From contig OZ059897.1 in the NCBI GenBank assembly GCA_964057225.1, forward strand, positions 16,306,001 through 16,370,000: a stretch of 64,000 bases of DNA. Direction: 5' to 3'. This document shows, piece by piece, positions 53,656 to 64,000 of the stretch. Below the pieces are notes generated by a model that saw nothing but the letters and a program-made list of their open reading frames with translations, was not told the origin of the DNA and did not search any database. The DNA is from Auanema rhodensis (taxonomy: Eukaryota; Animalia; Nematoda). The position numbers were made by a program, and so were the translations under genes. Position 1 is the stretch's first letter; the number at the start of each line of letters is the position of its first letter.

Positions 53656-54159
53656 ACATTTGTAGAATGCTTTTGTATTGTTATGGATATGCTACTTGTT
53701 CGTCTCAAATGATAGGTTTACATGAGATTAGCGGGTTATAATTACGGGTATTCTTAAATGTATAATTTTAAAATTTTTTTGTTGATCTATTTTTGTTTAA
53801 CACCTGTTTTAAGTTAATACCGGTTTTATCATTTAGCCCGATAGTGATTTTTCCTCTCGGTTTGCCGTGTCCATGGACACAACTTTTGAAGCTACCAACT
53901 CTCAGAGCAATGTGGCCATCTTTTTTATATTTCTATATATCATTTGTATTTAGCTTTATTTACATTTTGTTAAATGGATTCATTGTACTGATTTAAAGAT
54001 AGTATCATATCATTCTATGTATCTTCGTGATGACCTTATGATAATGAAATACGTAAATAGCAACATAAGTGATTAAAGACGGTTTTCAATCCGTTAATTA
54101 TATTTTTACATATTGAATTACTTTGTAATTTTTTCTAAAAACATAGATATATTTTTAAG

Positions 54160-55106
54160 ATGCTTGACTTAGCGTGGTTATGCAATGCAGCCATTCGTGC
54201 TGTATATTGGCTTGTTCTCCTTGCTTGCAATTTCTTGGGCTATTCTCATGTGTGGGTTAAAAGAGATTTGAAAAAAAGAGAAATTGAGGTGTAAAAGAAT
54301 TTTACTAATTCAATGAATAGGTATTTTAAGGAAATAAATCGTTCGCTGAAGGTTCCACATCATTATTCAATATGTTATACAGAAAGAAAAGTTCGATGTG
54401 TAAGATATGAGTGATTAATCTTTTGTTGTTATGAAATGTTTAGGAAGAACTTTTAGCATTTATGGAATGTTGTCTAGCATATGGTGTACGCAGATTAACT
54501 ATCTATGATCCTTGGGGTGATAGTCTTTCTTTGGAGCACAAGCTCCGCCCCATTTGTCAAGCAAAGGTTCGAGTTAAATTTACAAGATCAACAAAAAGTT
54601 TTACCAGAATGTACAAATTTTGGCTGGATGCTGTCCAACATCGATTTCTTCAACAAGTAGGCTTGTTTTACAGCTAATATCGTCAGAAGCCGGTCGCCCT
54701 TCGCTTGTAGAGGCCTGCAAAATAGTATATATAAATGAATGATTTATATAAACGTTATGATTTGTTTTCAGTTGTCCAATAAGTCATCTTCTATTACAAC
54801 AGAGGATATTACCAATGTACTTAACGATAAATTCAATTTAACAGATCCTGATTTTCTCGTAATGGTGAGTCAATCTTATTTCTGTTCATTCGTAATATTC
54901 TTTTTTTTTGAGGTTGGGCAGACCCCAAGTCTAGTCGGCTATCCTCCTTGGTGTCTACGAATTACTGAGTTCATTCAGGTTATAATTTATTAACTTTTAT
55001 GTACTAAATGAATAAATTCCAGGTTAGAAACATACCTTATTCACGTTCAGCCTTTGAGGATTCTCTCGACTCGTTTACAAAACGAGATATAAGGGTTGGA
55101 AAGTGA
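54160..55106 (+). CDS. nus-1: NUS1/Nogo-B receptor, dehydrodolichyl diphosphate synthase subunit
   Basis: Hydrophobic N-terminus, KVPHH, GVRRLTIYDPWG, DPDFLV..G...LVGYPPWCLRITEF, and C-terminal RxG motif (RDIRVGK*). Confidence 0.9.
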
Positions 55107-55589
55107 ATTTCCTAATTCTAATTTTCTTAATCTTCAAATTTACGATATACCAAAGTAGTCAGTGTTAGTTGATTCAATTCCGCTTTAAATGTGATATTTC
55201 ATAAACCTGCTAGGTGAAAATGATAGTTAAATTCGTTGAAACGTTTTTATTCCAATTGTTTTATACATTCTTGTATGATTTTGTTTTATTTGTTAATTTC
55301 GTTACCTGGCACTTGTTAATTATAATCATATTTTTTTATTCTCAATCATTAAAATTCCTTCATTGTTTAGTAATTAGTTAGGGCTAGGGTGTCTATACAT
55401 TTCAAGGTTATCGTATTTGATGTAATATAATTAAACATTAATCATTAATTACTGAAAGTGATATTACTGGAGTTGGTATTTCTCCATATGCATTATCTTT
55501 TAACAATGATTGTGAGCACCTGCTTTCCTAATCTTCGTTTTTTTTATCTTCATTTTTGTATTCGATTTCTTTCTCGATCTCTCGTCATC

Positions 55590-55740
55590 CTTTCTCTCTC
55601 TCCCCGTGTTTCTCTTTTCCTGTTTTTGCTTTTTTCTTCACTTCTGATACTATATTTCTTACTGTTCTCTCTTTCTCTCACTCTTTCTTTCTCTCTTCCA
55701 CTCATACTCTTCCTTTCTCTCCCTTTCTCTCTCTCTCTCT

Positions 55741-55812
<72 letters not shown>

Positions 55813-55830
55813 ATCTCTCGTTCAGTCTCT
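55590..55830. repeat. (CT)n microsatellite and polypyrimidine tract
   Basis: Direct reading; near-pure CT run ~55725-55810. It accounts for the spurious LSLSLS/RERERE ORFs in the track. Confidence 0.95.
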
Positions 55831-55948
55831 ATCGTGGCACTAATTTTAGTTTGTGTACATTGTTCTAGCAATGAGTTGAGCTCTTAGAATGTTTATCTAA
55901 ACCTTTTCATATATTTCAATTGGTAACGTATTTTATGGCTTGATGTGA

Positions 55949-55956
55949 ATTGTCAT
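55949..55956 (+). promoter_or_regulatory. SKN-1 consensus site upstream of gcs-1
   Basis: ATTGTCAT matches WWTRTCAT, ~470 bp upstream of the gcs-1 ATG. gcs-1 is an established SKN-1 target in C. elegans. The motif is short and frequent by chance. Confidence 0.35.
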
Positions 55957-56423
55957 CATTTTTTTCACGCGCTATAGTTCAGACCAGCATTTCCCTAGCT
56001 TCCCGTGACAGATTTGTCAGCATAGTGACGTCGATGTCTCCATGACTACATATAATATGAGATCAAGTTGAAATGAATCCTGTATGCTTTGTGTCCGAAG
56101 TTTCTTCCTCTTTAATCAATGTTTGTTTGAGTAGTGATGGACGTTAAAGCGCAGGGGTTTTCTTTCGTACTACATCTGATCTTCTGAGCTTTCTACCAAT
56201 GGTAGTTCATCATTAACCATTGAACATTCTTATCCAATATTTATCTAACCTATTGTATTCACTGTAAAAAAAAGCTTTTATCGTTCCCAATTACTCCAAG
56301 ATTCAAAATCGGAGATTTATGTTTTCTTTCATTATTTGTGGCTATATTTTTTATAGCTTTTGCTCATCGATGAAAAATTCTAGTTTCACATACATTGCAT
56401 TATCTTTTGTATTTCAGTAGATA

Positions 56424-59070
56424 ATGGGTCTTTTAACCAAGGGAAGCCCTCTTACTTGGGCTGAAACTGTCCCCTATGTTGATTATATCAAGGTGAGACT
56501 ACACTTCTATATTCTATTTTGTATTTTATCACGTTCTCACGAATTCGATATAGGAACATGGCATTGCTCAATTTATTAATTTATATCACCGTTTGAAAGA
56601 TCGAGCTGGAGATCAGCTTAAATGGGGCGATGAAATTGAATATACTATTGTGAAGTTTGACCATGAAAACAAAAAAGTTTGTTAATATTTTTATGTTATT
56701 ATACTTTTTTATTTATTTCTGTAGGTACGCGTATCTTGTAGAGCGGAGGAATTATTGTCTAGATTACAAGCAAAAGAGAAAGTAAATGCTCTTGTAGGAA
56801 CCGTAAATAATTTTTTGTGGCGTCCTGAATTTGCTGCTTATATGATTGAAGGAACTCCAGGAACACCTTATGGAGGTTAAATTAAAATTCTATAAAGTTT
56901 TTTATTTATTTATTCCGAACAGGACTATTAGCTTGTTTCAATATCGTCGAAGCCAATATGATTGCACGACGACAAGAAGTTAGAGATATGCTGAAACCGG
57001 TACTTTTTTCCCACTAGAATCACCTAACTATGATTTTAGGATGAATCTGTTTTGTCCATCTCTTTTCCATCTTTGGGTGCTGTGGATTACACAAGCCCTG
57101 AAATGAAGCCAACTCCGAATGATGAAGAAGATGCTGGAAAAAGTATTTTTTGGCCAAACAACGCAATTTTTGGCGGACATCCTAGGTACATCATAGCTGA
57201 CTAAATGACAAAAATTACATAAAACTCAATTCAGATTCAAAAACTTGGTAAAAAATATCAGAGGAAGACGAGGAGAAAAGGTCGCCATTAATGTACCAGT
57301 ATACAAAGATGTTAAGACTCCATCTCCTTATATTGTGAGAAAGGATTTTATGTGCTGTTTGAACCTTATAATATTTAGGAAGACTTATCTCAATATGGGC
57401 ATCCTGATATGTTTTCAGCTGCAAAGCCTGATCACATATACATGGATCATATGGGATTTGGTATGGGCTGTTGTTGCTTGCAAGTAACTTTTCAAGCTGT
57501 GAATGTAAATGAAGCTCGTTGGCTGTATGATCAATTAACTCCCATAACTCCCATTTTATTAGCTCTCTCTGCTGCTACTCCTATATTCAGGTTTCTTAAT
57601 TTCTTAACCAAAATGTTTTATCGTCTTATGCCGTTTTTTATAGAGACACATTAGCTGATGTTGATTCTAGATGGGATATTATCTCTGCTAGTGTTGATGA
57701 CAGAACTGCTGAAGAAAGAGGATTAATTCCTTTAAAAGATAGCAAGTGGCGAATTGATAAGAGTAGATATGATACAACTGATTGTTATATTTATCCTTGT
57801 TCAACAGGATATAACGATATTCCTCTTCAATACGATGAGAGAATTTATAAGTAAGATTGCTTTTGTTTAAGAAAAAAAAATCTGTTTTAGGCAATTACTC
57901 GATGGACAAATTGATGAACCTTTAGCCAAGCATATAGCACATATGTTCATTAGAGATCCGCTACAGGTTTGTTATTCATTTTAGCTATGTAAAACTTCGT
58001 ATTTTTAGGTCTTCCGCGAACGCGTAGAACAAGATGATGAAAAGAGTTCTGAGCATTTTGAAACTATTCAATCTTCAAATTGGATGAATATGCGTTTCAA
58101 ACCACCTCCGCCAGATACTCCGGAAATCGGATGGAGAGTTGAATTTAGGCCAACAGAGGTATTACTTAGTCGTTTTCCACTTTAATCATGTATCTTTTAG
58201 GTTCAATTAACTGATTTTGAAAACGCAGCATATTGCTGTTTTGTTGTTTTATTAACAAGGTAAGAGCAGCATCAAATTTCTATACTCATTACTGCTTCAG
58301 AGTAATTATTTCTTTCCGTCTTACTTATCTTTTACCTATATCAAAAGTTAATGAGAATATGAAACGAGCGCAACAACGTGACGCAGTTCTTCATCAGAAA
58401 TTCTTCTTCAGGTTGAATGTTACTTACGTTTTACGAACAATATTTCGATTTCAGAAAAACCCTGGCTACTTGCAAAAGTGCACCTGAAACTCTGAAGGGA
58501 ACAGCAAAATGTGGTCAGCCTAGCAGTGATGTAGAGGAAATGAGTATCAATGAAATTATAAATGGTATATTTCATAAGGTTATTGTGAAAAAATATATTC
58601 TTATGTTTAGGCAGTGAAGATGGCTTCCCTGGGCTCATTCCTCTGATTAAGCAGTATTTAGACAGTGCAGATGTTGATGTTGACACTCGATGTAGCATAG
58701 CGCAATATTTGAATTTCATCGCGGTATTATTCTTCACGTTCTTGAATTTCTTAGCAATTTGTATTTAGAAAAGAGCTTCTGGTGAGATCAGTACTCTTGC
58801 CCACTGGATGAGAGAATTTGTCCAAGGACATCCTGCTTACAAAAAAGACAGTAAAGTTCCACAAGAAACAATTTACGATATGACTATCTTGGTACTCCAC
58901 TGAGCAACACATCTTATACCTTCATATTTATTTTTTAGATGAATGAAATTTCAAACGGAAAGAAACATTGTCCAAAACTTTTGGGATGTTTCCGTTCAAA
59001 GACCGATTCGAAGATTCCTGCATCAGTACTCTTGGCCGAAGAAAGTTTTGTTATGAATACAAGAGAATAA
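56424..59070 (+). CDS. gcs-1: Glutamate-cysteine ligase catalytic subunit
   Basis: [111 protein letters not shown]. Confidence 0.98.
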
Positions 59071-59300
59071 GGACAAAGTTTTAACTATTGAATCATCATA
59101 AATATACCAAAGTGATGTGCCATTATTGAAATCATTTTCTTCACTTTGTCGCACTGGAGATATTTGCTGCATTTTAATTTCTTATTGTAGTAATAATAGT
59201 TTTATTCTATAGAACATTCATAATAAATAGTTTATTATTGTTTCGAAAAATAATACAAGATTTTCTTGAAAGTAAATTTAAAATATTAAAAAAAATAAAA

Positions 59301-62254
59301 TCAAGCAATGCTGCATGCTTTCGAAACTATTTGAACTTTTCTTATTCTTGTTTTGGGACTATCAGGATTGGCAGGCTTGGTGGTTTCTGCTGATTCGTGT
59401 CCTGCTTCCAATTCCTCATACCCTTCAATGCTATGCAAGTTTTCATCTAAAATAATCAATATTCTTGTCAATGGAGTATAAAAACCTCTTTCCCGATCAA
59501 CTATCTCCCAAACACTCTTTTTTAGACTTTTTATTAGAAATACAGTGTCCATTTCGCCCTGAAAAAAAAGAAAAATGTAATTTTCTCTGACATATTGGTT
59601 TTACTTGTCCTTTTATCATGGTTCGACCTCTTGATTGGAATTCAAATCGACCAGTTTTATTAGCACATGTTTGTGACTAGAAAAAAAGAAATTTAAGGCC
59701 CTCATTAGTTTAACTTGCCCTTTCGCTACAATGAATTTTTCCTGGAACACTATGAACTTCTAAACGACTGGCAACATTAACTGTTTCACCGAAGATGCAA
59801 TATCTTAAAATTAAAAACCAAAAATTTTTTTATACATTATATTTTAGTACCTTGGCATTAGGTGACCGACTACTCCAGCAACTATTGGTCCTGAATGAAT
59901 ACCAATTCGAACTTGCAATGGTTTTTTAGATAATGGGTCAGTAACTGCACGTGCCTCCCATAGCATTCCTTAGAAAATAATTTTGTTCTTTAGATTAGAA
60001 AAGGAATACCTATAGCTACGTTGCATAACTGTTCGGCATGTTCAGGAGCATGATCTGGTACTCCGGAGACAGTCATATAAGAATCTCCCACAGTTTCAAC
60101 TTTATAAACCTGTTTGAAAAACAAACATAGTTGATTTAGTTTATATTTTTAATAACCTGGTGCATATTGACAAGCCTATCGAACCTTGTAAATAATTCAT
60201 TAAGTAAATGAACAATATCTTTTGGTTGACAGAATGGGAGTGTTAATTGGAAGTTGGGAACATCTGAGAACATAACCGTAGCTTCATCATATTCACCTAT
60301 GTTAATCATCTTTTTGCTAAGTGAAAATTTATCTTACATGCTTCAATGGTTTCTCCATTCATCAATTGAGTAGCAATGGTTGATGGTAACATATCTTTCA
60401 AAATGACATCTGATAAAAAAATGAATGTGTTTCATTTGAGTAATGAGTCTACCTGTTTTTTGCTTTTCGACTTCAAGATCTCTCGCTAATTGCTCTAATT
60501 GTTCATTGTTTGCTTCCAATTGTAAGCTGTTTTGATATAAATATGAGTAAATCAGGCTCATTAAGCTTACTTTACTTCAACATCAGTTAGACGTTGTTGA
60601 TTAAGAAGTATCAGATCACGAGTGGCATCATGTAGAGGCATAGCTAATGACTATGAATATTGAAGGAAGACTCATTAACAAACCTGTTAGTCTCATTCCG
60701 AATTGCATGAGCTCATCGATCGATGTTACATACGGAGAACAGATATATATTATGTGCTTGAATTAATAAAATAGGCTGCTAACACACTGATCAAGGATAC
60801 CTTTTGTGTCGAAAGTTTCATCATCTGTCCTTTTAGCTTCAAATGAAGTCCCTGCTGTAGAACATTAGGGCTCTGTCTACCATCATCAGGCAAACTACAA
60901 CAACTTTTATTTATAAACAAAAATAGTATACCTGTTTTCTTTATGTTTTCGCATTTCTGCTGGAGATATCCGGACTTGAAGAACAAAAACAGCATTTATA
61001 AAATTGCAAATATTATCAAAATCCAGAGGAACTTGAGGTCGTGTAATTTCAAAAAGTTTAAGAATAGGTGTTCCAGGGACAAGCATCTCACGTGGAATGT
61101 GATTACTGAAGAAAAGTAGCAGTATTTTCATTATGTATTTCGTATTATCACTAAAGCTCATTTCCAGCTTGAACAAGTCTACAATGTTCATCCAATATTA
61201 CATGGTAAGGTAAAGCTTCAGAAAAGTCAAAGCAAGAGAGCCGTAAATAGTCTTCTGATTCTTAAATTTTGCATTTGCGGTAAATTAATTTTTTCTTTTA
61301 CCTGTTGATAAATCTAAATCTGACTTAGTTATCACTCGTTCTTGATCAGTGTTAAACTAGAATTAATACCATCACAAGTTTATTAATGTTTAACAAGAAC
61401 CTTTACAAGAAAAATAACGTGCTCCTCTACTCTCTCTCCGGAAAGCATTTGAACACTTCTTTGAGTTCTTCCAGTAACACTTAAAGTGAGTTCCATATTA
61501 AACACTCGCTTAGCAACTTCTTTTAAAACTCCTTTGAATATTTAAAAATGAGAATTGCTATATATTATCTACTTACCCCGAACAATAGCATATAGACCTG
61601 TTCGTCCAGTAAAATAATGTAAGGTAATTGATCCATCTTCATTCTCTTCACAGCGAAATGAAGGTCCACGTAAATTTGCTTTATAAACCACATGATCTAT
61701 GAAGTAGTGCAAGGAATCAAGATTATCAAGAAATCCCTGAAAAAGAAAAAATGTAAAAGATTGTAAAAAATTATTTTTAATCTGTTTTCGATTATACATG
61801 TGCAAATATCGTATACTTTTAAATTTGGGCTCATGCTGCGTATAAGCTCATCCCAGCCAATTTCCATAGTATATTCAATTAGAAACGAGCCGTATAATTC
61901 CCAGACTTGCTCGCGAGTCATTTCTAAAACATACTGTGAAACACATTTAGTTGAATTTCAGTCAACTAACTAGTTAATACACTGACACTTTCTACTAATG
62001 AATATGTATCAGCATCAGAATAGTAATGATTTACTATATTTTCTTTTCCATTCTCAAATCCAGCACGTGCTCTAGAAAAAATCATTTTGCATCAATATAA
62101 GAGTTTATTGAATATCTTACATAACTTCTAACCATAATTCTTCACCATATTTTCGTATCATTAATTGTCGAATACTTTCATGTATAAAACCAAACTGAAA
62201 TTTAAGTTTTTTTAGCAAATAAAAAATATATGAAAGAAATATAGAACCTACCAT
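59301..62254 (-). CDS. gcy-36: Atypical (O2-sensing type) soluble guanylate cyclase with H-NOX domain and C-terminal CAAX
   Basis: ATG|GT 3-nt coding first exon, then [115 protein letters not shown]; ends CSIA*. Closest recalled match is GCY-36; gcy-32/34 are not excluded. Confidence 0.9.
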
Positions 62255-64000
62255 CGTTTAGGAAGCTGAATATATGGCAGCTAACACTACTATTCTAATC
62301 CATATTCTAACACGCTATTTGATTTTAAAATTCACAACATATAAATCATTTTACATTATGCAATGTGTGTCTTTATAAATGACTTCTAATAGTAATGTCT
62401 TCTACCTCAACATATTAATGCAATATTCGCAAGAAACTGAAAAAAAATGGGTGATAAAGATCAGATGAATTAAGTTAGGACACTTTTCTTCAACCGAAAA
62501 TGCTTCGCAATAATTAAATAAATAAAATATTTTAATTATTTTTTGGTATTTGGAAAATCTCACGTATTTAAATTTCACGTGAAATTTCATTTGAGATATG
62601 TGTAAATTATGGTGATTACTATATAAGTTATTGCTTAAATATAGATTTAATTTATCTTTTATATTTTTTTCGACTCCTTTACCCATTTCTATTAATATTT
62701 CGAATAGAACGATTATGTTCTCTATATAAATAAGACAATTTAATATTTTTTAATTCCATATAACAAAGACTTTAAAAATCTATAGTTCACACATAAACTA
62801 TAATTTCTTATGTAAAATAGTTCTTTAATCTCTTGTATTATAAATAATTGATTATTTAAAGTATATATCAGAACAAACTATAAATATTTTTATTATATAC
62901 TACAAACCTTTTCACATGTTATATTCATTACCTTCGTTACTTATTAACATTCAACATTCTTCTTCTATATCTATTCAATAGCACTCGTTTAACTGATTTC
63001 GGCCATTTTAATTTGAAAAGAATTCACTAGAAGAAGAAAGAAATTAGTTTCTTAAAATAGATGTGCATATATAGGCTGGATAAACTAACGTGCGAAACCC
63101 GAGATTTATAAGTGATGACGATTCAATTCTCTCTTGCACTATGTCTATCTTTAGTAACTAGCTTGCTCTGTCACATTTTGATAGATATACTCTGTTTGGT
63201 TTATTGATATCTGGCTTCTAACATTTTAGTTTAGGCAATATCCGCAATTTCTCAATAAATATCTTAAGTATTTCAATTTGTCTTTTCTAGTTCAATTACT
63301 AGTTACTTGTTCAATATGTTAAAATATATTTTCCTATATTTTAAGAATCAAATTGCAGAAAGAAGTTTCGGTTTTCCTCTTCTCCATCTATTAACAAAGT
63401 CTTTCAAGCCAATTCAATCAAACGGCGACAGATTTGGATCAACTCTCTGCAGAACTTTTCAACATTCAGTAGTAAAAATCATGGCTGACGAGTGAGTTTG
63501 TTATTACTTTTTTTTTTAATTTAAATGAGTGCTGTAAAGAAAAGAAAAGATTCAAATTCAGATATTTTTCGGAAAGAAAATAAAAATTTAATAATCATAA
63601 TATGTGAATGCTGTTCATCATTATACTATGAGAGTAGTTGATTCATGTATGATTATTTCCTTTGAATACAAAGAGTTCATTTTTAAGTTAAATAAATAAT
63701 TAAATCAGTGCCTTATGCTAATCTCAGCAATTCACTATGTGTTTAGAGTTCAGCCTATTTCATCTTATTGATCTCTATTTAGCATAGCACTTTGAGGAAC
63801 TTCTCTTGCATGTCCTTGCTTGCCATCTTTTCCATTCAATTACTTCTTCAAGCTGACTTCAGTTTTGCTAATATTCCCCCATTATTTGCATGCTATCGAA
63901 TCACGATTATATTCAAGAAAAAAGCGGTATAAACGATTCATTCACTTTTGCTTTCCTTGATTTGTACATTTGATTTCTCGACTTTTGCATCTCAGCTTGA

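Noticed and set aside
55458-55871. LSLSLS/RERERE ORFs
   Set aside because: Translation of the (CT)n microsatellite.
17426-62254. A functional 'oxygen/redox' cluster (GILTs, globin, gcs-1, sGC)
   Set aside because: The genes are interspersed with unrelated ones, on different strands, with no shared regulatory signature; likely coincidence.
1-64000. Stop-codon reassignment, tRNA/rRNA/SL RNA genes, CRISPR arrays, intact transposases
   Set aside because: The in-frame stops I examined are removed by short introns under the standard code, and no corresponding sequence signatures were recognised by eye.

Overview
AT-rich nematode (rhabditid-like) genomic DNA. Genes are split by many very short introns (mostly ~40-60 nt), so the supplied ORF track is largely uninformative; gene models below were spliced by hand. 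Left to right: the 5' part of egl-43 (PR domain, EVI1/MECOM family) with a ~9 kb non-coding upstream region; an MFS transporter; two tandem GILT-family thiol reductases (one CGGC, one CPDT); an operon-like cluster PUS3 / RTRAF / AK6 / mrpl-53; a globin with two candidate first exons; spe-9; a large UBA-containing USP24-like deubiquitinase, nus-1 and gcs-1; and a convergent soluble guanylate cyclase (gcy-36-like). No prokaryote-type system, CRISPR array, tRNA/rRNA gene or intact transposon was seen. The best leads are: (1) a spliced, in-frame 74-codon N-terminal extension of the USP gene with two SIM-like motifs and no AUG (candidate non-AUG initiation); (2) relaxed splice signals, with six GC-AG introns and roughly 20 AAG/GAG acceptors; (3) a GC-box/CCAAT/G-quadruplex/hairpin island upstream of egl-43; (4) the GILT active-site divergence; (5) an X-box near the distal globin first exon; (6) a candidate orphan C/D snoRNA. 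Orthology calls rest on my recall of C. elegans proteins, not on searches.
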